From contig JAFOVN010000022.1 in NCBI GenBank assembly GCA_017392345.1, positions 1 to 38,788 of the forward strand: a stretch of 38,788 nt of DNA, given 5' to 3'. The stretch's first letter is position 1, and each line of letters opens with the position of its first letter. A program made the position numbers and the translations under genes. The notes beneath the pieces are model-generated. The model saw only the letters and a program-made list of their open reading frames with translations, was not told the origin of the DNA and searched no databases. Below are positions 1 through 9,144 of this stretch, one piece after another. The stretch comes from Alphaproteobacteria bacterium (lineage in GTDB: Bacteria > Pseudomonadota > Alphaproteobacteria > Rs-D84).

Positions 1-681
1 AAGGCGAGCGCCTTGCGCGGATTTTATAAATTTTTAATGTTGGAACATATAATCACAAAAAATCCGGCAACGAATATCGAATTACCCAAACGGCCAAAAC
101 CGTTACCAAAATTACTAAGCACCAACGAAATCGAATTACTAATATCTTCGGCGGGCGATGTCCGCAACGCGACCCGTCTGCGCGCAATGATAGAATTGAT
201 TTACGCATCGGGCCTGCGCGTATCCGAACTTTGCGAATTACCAATGACGGCGATACTTGGCGACCGCCTTTTGATTCACGGCAAGGGTTCCAAGGAACGC
301 ATTGTCCCCATGCATGCCGAAGCACAAACCGCCCTTGCCCGATGGTTGCGTATGCGCGATGCGGACGAATCGAAATTTGTTTTTCCATCACGTGGTGCAT
401 CGGGCCACATAACACGCGACGGTTTTTTCAAATTACTAAAAAAGTGCGCAACACTTGCCGGAATTGCGCCTACGCGCGTTGGTCCGCATGTTTTGCGACA
501 TTCGTTTGCATCGCACTTGCTGTCGCACGGTGCAAATTTGCGCGCGATTCAAACCATGCTTGGACACGAAGATATATCAACAACACAAATTTACACGCAT
601 GTTCTGCCTGAAAAATTGCAACAGGTTGTCGCCGAACACCACCCACTTTCAGATAAAAAAGGACACACAAACAATGATTAA
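1..681 (+). CDS. xerD: Tyrosine site-specific recombinase, XerD/XerC family (5' end lies outside the window)
   Basis: The frame is open from nt 1 (KASALRGFYKF...), so the listed start at 13 (a TTG) is not the true start. Catalytic-domain motifs: LYASGLRVSEL, HGKGSKERIVP, LRHSFASHLL, GHEDISTTQIYTHV. Stop TAA at 679-681. Confidence 0.85.
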   Translation, partial: KASALRGFYKFLMLEHIITKNPATNIELPKRPKPLPKLLSTNEIELLISSAGDVRNATRLRAMIELIYASGLRVSELCELPMTAILGDRLLIHGKGSKERIVPMHAEAQTALARWLRMRDADESKFVFPSRGASGHITRDGFFKLLKKCATLAGIAPTRVGPHVLRHSFASHLLSHGANLRAIQTMLGHEDISTTQIYTHVLPEKLQQVVAEHHPLSDKKGHTNND

Positions 682-1168
682 AAAATGTGATTTTCCCGGT
701 TGCACACGGGCGGGCACTTGCCGCGCGCCAAAGACACGCGACCTGAAAGAATACTGGTCTTTTTGCAAGGAACACGCCGCCGAATACAATAAAAATTGGA
801 ATTACTATGCGAATATGTCCGCCGATGAAATCGAAGAAGATTGGGAACGCCAAACGTTCGGCGAACCGGTCGGCAAACGCAGTCCCCAAGACACCGCCGA
901 TTACGTAAAATTTTTAAACGATTTTATTACCGGCCACGCAAGTTTTGATAAAATGCCACCCAAAAAATCACTGCCGTCGGCAATTGTTTCGGCATTCAAA
1001 ACACTTGAATTACCAATCACCGCATCGTGGCGTGAAATTGGTGCAAAATACCGCGCACTTGCGAAAAAATATCACCCGGACACGGCAAAAAGTTCGGATT
1101 CGTCGGGTACCGAATTTGCAAAAATTTCCGCCGCATATCAAACACTAAAAAAACATTTCGGCAAATAA
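674..1168 (+). CDS. J-domain (DnaJ-like) protein with Cys-rich N-terminal region
   Basis: The ATG at 674 overlaps the xerD stop (ATGATTAA). C-terminal J domain with HPD motif (AKYRALAKKYHPDTAKS...ISAAYQTLKK). N-terminus CDFPGCTRAGTCRAP...FCKEH. The upstream part of tracked ORF 455..1168 lies inside xerD and was discarded. Confidence 0.75.
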   Translation: MIKKCDFPGCTRAGTCRAPKTRDLKEYWSFCKEHAAEYNKNWNYYANMSADEIEEDWERQTFGEPVGKRSPQDTADYVKFLNDFITGHASFDKMPPKKSLPSAIVSAFKTLELPITASWREIGAKYRALAKKYHPDTAKSSDSSGTEFAKISAAYQTLKKHFGK

Positions 1169-1232
1169 GAATTTTTTATGGCACATCCAATGAATTTGTG
1201 CTATGTTATGACCCACAAAAAGGATTTTTTAC

Positions 1233-2135
1233 ATGTACGATGTTATTATTTTGGGTTCTGGGCCGGCGGGATTGACCGCGGCACTGTATTGTGGACGTGC
1301 AAACAAAAACACACTTGTTATTGGTGGCGACACACTTGGCGGTCAAACCGCGGGAATCGCGACACTTGAAAATTACCCCGGATTTCGTGGGTCGGGTTTT
1401 GACCTTATTCAATTTATGAAAGGGCAAGCGGAATCTTTCGGTGCAAAAATCGAAATGAATACAATCGCGCATATTGAAAACGGTGAAAACAATACATTTA
1501 CACTGACCGACACGCACGGGAAAAAATATGACACGCGCAGTGTTATTTTGGCAACGGGGGCCAGTCCGCGAAAACTTGAAATCGCGGGTGCGCGTGAATT
1601 CTTTGGCCGTGGCGTTTCATATTGTGCAACATGTGATGGATTTTTCTATGGCGGCAAAACGGTTCTTGTTATCGGTGGTGGCAATTCCGCACTAAACGAT
1701 GCGCTGTATTTAGCGGACATTGCCAAGACGGTAAAAATCATTTATCGTAAATCTGCATTTACCCGCGCCGAAGCGATTATCCGTGACCGCGTTGCGGCAA
1801 AGTCAAACATCGAATGTGTATTTAACACAGAATTAAAATCTATATCGGCGCGGCCAAATTCCGAAAGTGGCGAACTGATTGCAACCACAACTAACGACGA
1901 GCAAATAATTTGTGACGGAATTTTCGTTGCGATTGGACACGAAGCAAACACCGATTATTTAACCGAAGACATCAAACGCGACGACCTTGGGCGATTGGCA
2001 CCGGACGCGTTACCACGCGGAATGTTTGTTGCCGGTGATGTTCATTCGGGACTAAAAATGCAAATTGCAACGGCGGTCGGCACGGGCTGCACCGCGGCGA
2101 TGGACGCGATTGCATACCTTAACGCAAACGCATGA
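1233..2135 (+). CDS. trxB: Thioredoxin reductase
   Basis: N-terminal GSGPAG dinucleotide fold, redox-active CATCDG, second GGGNSA fold, 300 aa. AGGA lies upstream of the ATG. Confidence 0.93.
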   Translation: MYDVIILGSGPAGLTAALYCGRANKNTLVIGGDTLGGQTAGIATLENYPGFRGSGFDLIQFMKGQAESFGAKIEMNTIAHIENGENNTFTLTDTHGKKYDTRSVILATGASPRKLEIAGAREFFGRGVSYCATCDGFFYGGKTVLVIGGGNSALNDALYLADIAKTVKIIYRKSAFTRAEAIIRDRVAAKSNIECVFNTELKSISARPNSESGELIATTTNDEQIICDGIFVAIGHEANTDYLTEDIKRDDLGRLAPDALPRGMFVAGDVHSGLKMQIATAVGTGCTAAMDAIAYLNANA

Positions 2136-2152
2136 GTAAAAAAGGATGACAA

Positions 2153-3433
2153 ATGTTGGATATAAAATTTATTCGTGAAAACCCAGAAATCGTAAAAAAC
2201 GCATGCCGGGTAAAAAACTTTCCGGATGTTGTCGATGACATTTTATCTTTGGATGTGCGCGTTCGCGAATTAAAGACAATCACACAAACAAAAACCGCCG
2301 AAAAAAATAAACTTTCGCGCGAAATTCCAACCGCCACGGACAAGGCACCACTTATCGCAAAATCCAAACAAATTGGCGAAGAGATTGCAAACGATTTGGC
2401 GGAACTTGCAGAAAAGGAGGCAAAGTTAAACGACCTTTTGCACCGCGTTCCACAAATTCCGGATACATCCGCCCCCGTTGGCGCGGACGATTCCGCAAAC
2501 ATAGAGGTTCGCCGTGTCGGCGCCCCGCGCGAATTTGATTTTACACCGCGCCCCCAGTGGGAATTACTTGATATGAACGGTTGGTGGATGCCGGAAAAAA
2601 TCGCGGGCATTTGCGGCACACGCACATATTGCCTGTGTGGTGAATTGGCGGAGTTGTCATTGGCGATTCAAACATACGTTGTTCAAAAATTGATTAGTAA
2701 AGGCTTCAAATATATTGAATGTCCGCCCGTCACAAAACCACAAACTATATTCAATGCGGGTCATTTTATGGGTTCGGATTTATCGGTTATGAACGATGAT
2801 GTTTTTATGCTGGCCGACACAGACCGTTGTTTGGCGGGCACCGCAGAAATAATTTTGAATTCTCTGCACGCTGATGAAATTTTACCAGAAAACGAACTGC
2901 CGATAAAGTATGCTGGATTTTCCACATGTTTCCGTAAAGAGGCCGGTGCCGCCGGTCGTGACACGCGCGGACTGGTGCGGTTTCATCACTTTGACAAAGT
3001 CGAACAATATATTTTCTGTCGTCCCGAAGAAAGCGATGAAATGCATGAATTTTTGTTAAACAATTTGTGCGAAGTTGTGGGTGATTTGGAATTGCCGTAT
3101 CGCGTAATTGCAAATTCCACCGGCGACATGGGTTTCAACAAAGTAAAAATGAACGATGTCGAAGCATGGTTTCCATCGGAAAACGCGTATCGTGAATTGG
3201 GTTCTTGTTCATCAATTGGCCAATTTCAGGCCCGCCGCACAAACACGCGCTATCGCGAAAACGCAACCGGCGAAGTGAAATTTGTTGCAACATTAAACAA
3301 CACTGGAATCGCCCTGCCCCGCGCATTGGTGCCGGTAATCGAAAACCACCAAAACGCCGATGGGTCCGTGAACATTCCAAAAAAATTGCAACCACTAATG
3401 GGCGGCAGAACGAAGATAGGTGGTAAACACTAA
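2153..3433 (+). CDS. serS: Seryl-tRNA synthetase
   Basis: N-terminal coiled-coil arm (MLDIKFIRENPE...). Class II core motifs FRKEAGAAGRDTRGLVRFHHFDKVE and TLNNTGIALPRALVPVIENHQ. 426 aa. Confidence 0.95.
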   Translation: MLDIKFIRENPEIVKNACRVKNFPDVVDDILSLDVRVRELKTITQTKTAEKNKLSREIPTATDKAPLIAKSKQIGEEIANDLAELAEKEAKLNDLLHRVPQIPDTSAPVGADDSANIEVRRVGAPREFDFTPRPQWELLDMNGWWMPEKIAGICGTRTYCLCGELAELSLAIQTYVVQKLISKGFKYIECPPVTKPQTIFNAGHFMGSDLSVMNDDVFMLADTDRCLAGTAEIILNSLHADEILPENELPIKYAGFSTCFRKEAGAAGRDTRGLVRFHHFDKVEQYIFCRPEESDEMHEFLLNNLCEVVGDLELPYRVIANSTGDMGFNKVKMNDVEAWFPSENAYRELGSCSSIGQFQARRTNTRYRENATGEVKFVATLNNTGIALPRALVPVIENHQNADGSVNIPKKLQPLMGGRTKIGGKH

Positions 3434-3500
3434 TAGCCCGTTCCGCCCAATCGCGCCACGATTTTATTCTGTATTGCCCCCGCATAAAATCAAATTTTAT

Positions 3501-3528
3501 TTGAAAATGCAAAAATACATGATAGAAT
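3501..3528 (+). promoter_or_regulatory. Candidate sigma70-type promoter for typA
   Basis: TTGAAA (3501-3506), 16-nt spacer, TAGAAT (3523-3528), about 25 nt upstream of the typA ATG. Confidence 0.4.
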
Positions 3529-3552
3529 TCTGTGCTAAAAAAGGGCAAATAT

Positions 3553-5391
3553 ATGAAAATTAGAAATATCGCGATTATTGCACATGTTGACCACGGAAAA
3601 ACGACCCTGGTCGATAACATGTTGAAACAGGCGGGAACTTTCCGCGAAAACGAACGCGTGGATGACCGCGTCATGGACAGTGGCGACATCGAACGCGAAC
3701 GCGGCATTACCATTTCCGCAAAGCCGACATCGGTGCTTTGGCACGATTACAAAATAAACATCGTTGATACGCCGGGCCACGCGGACTTTGGCGGCGAAGT
3801 AGAACGTATTTTGTCAATGGTTGATGGCGTGGTGTTATTGGTCGATAGTGCCGAAGGCCCCCTGCCCCAAACGAAATTCGTATTATCCAAGGCATTAAAA
3901 CTGGGGCTGCGCCCTATTGTTTGTATCAACAAGGTCGACCGTGGCGATGCCCGCCCGGACGAAGTTTTATCCGAAACTTTTGACCTGTTCGATAAATTGG
4001 GGGCGGACGATGCACAACTTGATTTTCCATACCTTTATGCGGTTGGACGCGACGGTTGGGCGGTGCGCAATCTGAACGACGAACACAAAGATTTAACCCC
4101 ACTGTTCCAACTGATTGTTGACCATGTGCCGGCACCGGATTGCAATGGTTCGCGTTGTCAATTGGACGCACCGTTCACCATGCTTGCGACAACCCTTGAA
4201 TCAGACCCATATGTCGGCCGAATACTTACCGGGAAAATCGAATCGGGTACTGTGCACGTTGGACAAAGTGTCAAGGCAATAAATATGAACGGCGAATTTA
4301 TCGAAAACGCCAAAATCACAAAGATTATTGAACACCGCGGAATTGAAAAAATTTCCCGCGACAGTGCGTCGGCCGGCGACATCGTCGTCGTTGCCGGATT
4401 CAGCAAGGCAACCGTGGCGGATACACTTTGTGACCCGTCGGTCACCGAACCGATTCCCGCAATGCCTATTGACCCACCAACCCTTACCATGACATTTTTC
4501 GTGAATACATCACCACTTGCGGGGAAAAGTGGTAAAAAACTTACATCGCGTATGATTGGCGAACGCCTTTTCAAAGAGGCCGAAACAAATATCGCACTAA
4601 AAGTCACACAAAGCGAAAACAAAGAATCTTTCGAAGTTTCCGGCCGTGGCGAATTACAACTTGGGATTTTAATTGAAACAATGCGCCGTGAAGGTTTTGA
4701 ACTTTCGGTATCGCGTCCGCGCGTTGTTATGCACACAGGCGAAAACGGCGAAATGTTGGAACCAATCGAAGAAGTCGTTGTTGATGTCGATGATGAATTC
4801 AGTGGCGTTGTTATCGAAAAAATGACCAAGCGCAAGGCGACAATTACCGAAATGAAGGCATCCGGCGGTGGCAAAACGCGCATTGTGTTTTCTGCGCCAT
4901 CACGCGGACTTATCGGATACCTTTCGGAATTCCGCACCGATACGCGTGGTACCGGTATTATGAATCGCGTGTTTGATAAATACGGACCATATCGTGGTCC
5001 AATTGTGCAATATCGTCCAGGTGTTTTGGTTTCGATGGAAAATGGTGTTACGGCGACATACGCGTTACATAATCTTGAACCACGCGGTGTTTTGTTTGTT
5101 GGCCCCCAGACCGAGGTTTATTCCGGTATGATTATCGGCGAACACAGCAAAGAAAACGACTTAGAAGTCAACCCGATAAAAGGTAAAGAACTGACCAATG
5201 TACGCAGTGTGACGGCCGATGAAAAATTGTTCCTTGCGCCACCGCGCAAAATGTCGTTGGAAGAAGCGTTATCATATATCCAAGACGATGAATTGGTGGA
5301 AGTCACGCCCGCAACAATTCGCCTGCGTAAGAAAGAATTGGACAGCGGCAAACGCAAAAAACTTGCCCGCGGCAAAGATGAAAGTTTATAA
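3553..5391 (+). CDS. typA: Translational GTPase TypA/BipA
   Basis: MKIRNIAIIAHVDHGKTTLVD (G1), DTPGHADFGGEVER, NKVDR, and a BipA-type C-terminal region. The ATG at 3553 is preferred over the tracked GTG at 3532. Confidence 0.93.
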   Translation: MKIRNIAIIAHVDHGKTTLVDNMLKQAGTFRENERVDDRVMDSGDIERERGITISAKPTSVLWHDYKINIVDTPGHADFGGEVERILSMVDGVVLLVDSAEGPLPQTKFVLSKALKLGLRPIVCINKVDRGDARPDEVLSETFDLFDKLGADDAQLDFPYLYAVGRDGWAVRNLNDEHKDLTPLFQLIVDHVPAPDCNGSRCQLDAPFTMLATTLESDPYVGRILTGKIESGTVHVGQSVKAINMNGEFIENAKITKIIEHRGIEKISRDSASAGDIVVVAGFSKATVADTLCDPSVTEPIPAMPIDPPTLTMTFFVNTSPLAGKSGKKLTSRMIGERLFKEAETNIALKVTQSENKESFEVSGRGELQLGILIETMRREGFELSVSRPRVVMHTGENGEMLEPIEEVVVDVDDEFSGVVIEKMTKRKATITEMKASGGGKTRIVFSAPSRGLIGYLSEFRTDTRGTGIMNRVFDKYGPYRGPIVQYRPGVLVSMENGVTATYALHNLEPRGVLFVGPQTEVYSGMIIGEHSKENDLEVNPIKGKELTNVRSVTADEKLFLAPPRKMSLEEALSYIQDDELVEVTPATIRLRKKELDSGKRKKLARGKDESL

Positions 5392-5395
5392 AAAC

Positions 5396-5420
5396 AAAAA
5401 CCGGCTATACGCCGGTTTTT
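5396..5420. terminator. Bidirectional intrinsic terminator between convergent typA and the first glycosyltransferase-like gene
   Basis: AAAAACCGGC-TATAC-GCCGGTTTTT. The GC stem CCGGC/GCCGG is flanked by an A-run and a T-run. Confidence 0.7.
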
Positions 5421-5443
5421 AACTTATACGCAATTTTTATCTT

Positions 5444-6367
5444 TTATATCACGCAATCTGCGCATTCCTTGGCCACACCGGCATAAACACCGGTATACCC
5501 ATGAATATAAGAAACCTCAAACATATTAATTGTATCAAATTTCATCATTGCTTGAAATACGGCTTGTTCCGTAGACACCAATCCGTGTTTTTTCATTATA
5601 TTTCTTACTTGTTCAAACCACACATAAAATTTATGTACCCATTCTGTATCAGCCATAAAACTACATGCTGGCACATCATAATCTGCATTTATCATTGCAA
5701 TATCAAGTAAATTTTGTTTAACCAACGTTTGGGATGTTGCAGGCGAAATTGGACCTTGCAATTTTTTATATAAGCGATAGATAAAGTTTGGAACAAAATG
5801 TGGTCGTGTCTTTCCAAGTGTTGGTGATATAGTTATGCGCACCCTTTCAGGTTTGGCCAAAATTTTTCCATCCCACTGTGCCCAAAAGCCGGCATACATC
5901 GGATGGAAAGAGCCCGCATCTATCCACATAAAATACTTTGACTTAAATTTATTTGTTTGCGCCGCCCAATCAAACACAGACGGTTTCGCGCCAATAAGTA
6001 TTAAGTAATCAACCCATTGCTCTGGTGTTTTATGATGAAATAAATATCCAACATTACCACGCATTCCATGTAAAATTTTCAACATTTCATCACGTTCTGT
6101 ATAATGAGGCAATGCGGAAAAATCCATCACACGCATATCAACATATTTTTCTAAATTTTCTTTTTTAATAAATTCTGCGGTTTCTTTATCGCACCACAAT
6201 GCAACTTTTTTAAAAGTATTTATCAATGTTTTTAATGACGGCAAATAAAATTCTTCAAACTTTCGCTGCATATGTTTTAGAGAATTCAAATCATTTTGCT
6301 GTGGCATCTTAAACAACATAGTGCAAAAAGTTATATCTGAACGTTTATTATCATACTTTATGCTCAT
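5444..6367 (-). CDS. Putative glycosyltransferase, HtrL/WlaTC(YibB)-like
   Basis: Resembles the HtrL_YibB family by eye (ITFCTMLFKMP near the N-terminus, WIDAGSFHP). The start at 6367 (MSIKYDN) has AAGGGA upstream, whereas the longer tracked start at 6397 has no SD. The gene is AT-rich. Confidence 0.45.
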   Translation of the reverse strand: MSIKYDNKRSDITFCTMLFKMPQQNDLNSLKHMQRKFEEFYLPSLKTLINTFKKVALWCDKETAEFIKKENLEKYVDMRVMDFSALPHYTERDEMLKILHGMRGNVGYLFHHKTPEQWVDYLILIGAKPSVFDWAAQTNKFKSKYFMWIDAGSFHPMYAGFWAQWDGKILAKPERVRITISPTLGKTRPHFVPNFIYRLYKKLQGPISPATSQTLVKQNLLDIAMINADYDVPACSFMADTEWVHKFYVWFEQVRNIMKKHGLVSTEQAVFQAMMKFDTINMFEVSYIHGYTGVYAGVAKECADCVI

Positions 6368-6480
6368 AACACATCCCTTTATTAAAAAATCCATCATTAT
6401 AGTAATCGAGTTTTAGCATATGCGCAATAATTATTACTTGTTGCAAACAATAAAAAAAACTGTTCTAATCATAATGCATT

Positions 6481-7326
6481 ATGAAAAAACATAGAATCTT
6501 TTTAATTGCCGGATACGACAAAGATGGAAAAATAAATTCCACACTAATTCATTTGGTGAAATCCTTTGCGAAATACGGTGATTGTGTTTTGATTATGGAT
6601 TCTGATTGCGATGAATCTGAAATTGCTAAGGTAAAACCGCATTGCCTATATGTCGCCGGCGCACGCCATGGCGAATATGATTTTGGTTCATACAAGCGAG
6701 CATATATTTGGGCGACCGAAAACACAAATTTATCAACCTATGATTTTATGTATATGGTGAACGACAGCGTATATGGCCCATTGTTTGATATCGGTGAATA
6801 CCTAAACAAGATGGAATCTTTCGGCACCGATGCATTCGGTATGGTTAAAAAAACAGGTGGAAAATTCCAACACATTCAATCTTGGTTTATCGGTATGCGA
6901 CCAACTGTATTTCTATCAAATTGGTTTAGCGATTTTATCACATCTGTAAAAAATGTCGAAAGCAAAACCGCCGTCACCGAACTTTACGAAAACGGGTTCA
7001 CACGCAAATTAAACGGACATAAAATTGCATGGAAATGCCTTTACGACATATACAATCGCGGAATTTATAATCGGGTCAAACACCTTTATAAAATCCGTAT
7101 GCCGTTTATCAAAAAACTTTCCTTTACGCGGCATTTCGGCGCATACGGACGACAGATTTTATATGTTCTAAACCATGTTCCAAAAAAATTGCGTGATGAT
7201 GTTTTATCCGCCGCGCGCGAAACGTTCGGAATAAAATATATAAATTGGCTTTTAACAAAAAATCCTGTTAAAATCTTATTGCGTAAAACAAAATATGTTA
7301 TATCGAGGCTGCTGTGCAAAAACTAA
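6481..7326 (+). CDS. Rhamnan-synthesis-F (RgpF)-like polysaccharide biosynthesis protein
   Basis: IFLIAGYDKDGKI..., GEYDFGSYKRAY, MVNDSVYGP, HIQSWFIGMRP. This pattern is typical of RgpF-family proteins. The gene is AT-rich. Confidence 0.55.
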   Translation: MKKHRIFLIAGYDKDGKINSTLIHLVKSFAKYGDCVLIMDSDCDESEIAKVKPHCLYVAGARHGEYDFGSYKRAYIWATENTNLSTYDFMYMVNDSVYGPLFDIGEYLNKMESFGTDAFGMVKKTGGKFQHIQSWFIGMRPTVFLSNWFSDFITSVKNVESKTAVTELYENGFTRKLNGHKIAWKCLYDIYNRGIYNRVKHLYKIRMPFIKKLSFTRHFGAYGRQILYVLNHVPKKLRDDVLSAARETFGIKYINWLLTKNPVKILLRKTKYVISRLLCKN

Positions 7327-8150
7327 AAAAAATTGCCGCCATCACAATGGCGCGAAATGATGAATTTTTTCTATCGCGGTGGGTTGAATATTACGGTCAC
7401 GAATTGGGAAATGAAAACCTTTATATAATTCTTGATGGAACCGACCAAGATGCGCCAAAAAACGCTAACGGCGCAAACATAATAAAACTGCCACACACGG
7501 ATATGTCACGTGCGGCTGGCGATAAATATCGTATCGGCAAAATAAACGAACTTGCAAATGAATTATTCAAAACTTACGACATTGTAATCGGTTGCGATTC
7601 GGATGAATTTTTAATCGTTGACCCGAACGCAAAAAAATCACTTCGCGAGTATCTATCCGAATCAAAATATAAAACAACCGTTTCCGGACTTGGATTCGAC
7701 ATTGGGCAAAATATGAAAACGGAAAAACCAATCGACACATCAAAACCAATGTTATCACAACGCGAATATGCCCTGCTTTCCACACGATACACAAAGCCGG
7801 TTGTTTTATTCCGTCCCGCCCGTTGGGGCAGTGGTTTTCACCACATCAAAGGCAAAAATTTTCACATTGATAAAAATTTATACCTGCTTCACTTTGGCGC
7901 GGTTGATATGAATATGTTGATTAAGAAAGCGGAAAAGCGCGGTGCCGATTGGGTAAATCACCTGCGACGCCGCGGAAACGGAACAATAAACGCGGTCACA
8001 ACCAAAACCGCACACGGCAAAACATGCATAAAATTTGCCCGCGTTATGCAACGCATATTCCGTCCAATATACGCACCCGGCAAACCTGGAATGATGGGAT
8101 TAAAGTGGGTTGTAAAAATTCCAAAAAGATTCAAAACTACTGCGATATAA
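7314..8150 (+). CDS. Glycosyltransferase family 2-like protein
   Basis: IAAITMARNDEFFLSRWVEYYGHELGNENLYIILDGTDQ and GCDSDEF (DXD-like). The GTG start at 7314 overlaps the upstream gene by 13 nt, and an alternative ATG lies at 7347. Confidence 0.55.
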   Translation: MQKLKKIAAITMARNDEFFLSRWVEYYGHELGNENLYIILDGTDQDAPKNANGANIIKLPHTDMSRAAGDKYRIGKINELANELFKTYDIVIGCDSDEFLIVDPNAKKSLREYLSESKYKTTVSGLGFDIGQNMKTEKPIDTSKPMLSQREYALLSTRYTKPVVLFRPARWGSGFHHIKGKNFHIDKNLYLLHFGAVDMNMLIKKAEKRGADWVNHLRRRGNGTINAVTTKTAHGKTCIKFARVMQRIFRPIYAPGKPGMMGLKWVVKIPKRFKTTAI

Positions 8151-9144
8151 ATTTTTCTATACGCCGTTTATATTTTTTTGCACGCATCCTTACCGGATTT
8201 TCAAGAATTCCCATATCGCGCATTTCCATAAACAACTGCTTTATTCGCGCAATATCTTTTTTATTTTCTATAACCGTCGCCAAACGTTTCATCGTAATTA
8301 TAAAAGGCCACAAAAATTCCGCATTAAATCGCCGCGCCTCTTTCGGCGTTGCAACACCCGCGCACACACCATACGCATGTTTTAACCCAACGCAAATACA
8401 TTCAAGCATAAACATTACTTTTGCGGTATGTAAAATAGATCCAACATTTGGCACATAAAAATACAGTGGCGCATCCAATATGACCGTTCGTGGCCGTGCA
8501 AACATTATGTCAACCCACCATGGAAAATCTTCGATAACTATCCCAGTAATAAATTTACATTTTTGCGCCAAATCGCGCCGTAACATTTTTAGCACCGGAT
8601 AACATTTTTTAACTGTAAATCGCCCCAACGCATGTGCACGTTCGGTCGCATATCCAAGTATATTATCGGTCACAACATGTGGAATTTTTTTTACATCATA
8701 TTTTTTTCTGTACGATTTAGGCACAAAATCTAAAACATCCACACCCGCCGCCAACATTTTTTCCATTTGTTTTCGCGCGGTCATATCAAACTTAAAAACA
8801 ACCATATCGGCATTATTATCAACCGCCGATTTATACAATATCTCTAAAGTTTGTGGATGAATAAAATCATCACTATCAAGGTATAAAACAAAATCACCTT
8901 TTGCAATTTTCGTTCCAAAATTTCGCGCATCTGATTGCCCGCCGTTTTCTTTGTACACGACGATAAAACGATTATCTTTTTTCGCATATTCTTTGGCAAT
9001 TTTTCCGGAATTATCGGGCGAACCATCATCAACACAAATCGCCTCAAAATCCAAAAACGTCTGATTTAACACACTATCCAAACACCGCCGCAGGTATTTT
9101 TCGACATTATACATCGGAATAATTATCGATATTTTCGGTCGCAT
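8137..9144 (-). CDS. Glycosyltransferase family 2 (paralog A)
   Basis: KISIIIPMYNVEKYLRRCLDSVLNQTF, VDDGSPDNSG, LDSDDFIHP. Its 3' end overlaps the convergent gene 7314..8150 by 14 nt. Confidence 0.85.
   Translation of the reverse strand: MRPKISIIIPMYNVEKYLRRCLDSVLNQTFLDFEAICVDDGSPDNSGKIAKEYAKKDNRFIVVYKENGGQSDARNFGTKIAKGDFVLYLDSDDFIHPQTLEILYKSAVDNNADMVVFKFDMTARKQMEKMLAAGVDVLDFVPKSYRKKYDVKKIPHVVTDNILGYATERAHALGRFTVKKCYPVLKMLRRDLAQKCKFITGIVIEDFPWWVDIMFARPRTVILDAPLYFYVPNVGSILHTAKVMFMLECICVGLKHAYGVCAGVATPKEARRFNAEFLWPFIITMKRLATVIENKKDIARIKQLFMEMRDMGILENPVRMRAKKYKRRIEKFISQ

Noticed and set aside
455-673. N-terminal extensions of tracked ORFs. Examples are 455 for the J-domain gene, 12274 for recA, 19897 for yebC, 24480 for xthA, 17673 for the orphan ORF, 16843 for the DUF721 gene, 15133 for the MFS gene, 15861 for secB and 34878 for pyrG.
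   Set aside because: The extensions overlap neighbouring genes or repeat DNA. In each case an internal ATG preceded by a good SD coincides with the conserved N-terminus of the family.
4158-4937. Long antisense or alternative-frame ORFs inside well-supported genes. Examples are 4158..4937 in typA, 22048..22605 in mnmE, 29422..30000 in the LpoA-like gene, 35557..36183 in comEC, 9652..10149 in GT2, 2119..2625 in serS, and 3135..3713 spanning the serS 3' end and typA 5' end.
   Set aside because: Each lies wholly within, or opposite to, a gene with strong family motifs. Their translations are low-complexity or Arg/Ser/Cys-rich, as expected from shadow frames, and none has start signals.
8685-8707. 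A8 and A7 coding-strand homopolymers in GT2 paralog A as phase-variation switches.
   Set aside because: The tracts are short and such runs are common in AT-rich DNA. With no population data this cannot stand as a claim of its own, so it is mentioned only as a minor point under the paralog finding.
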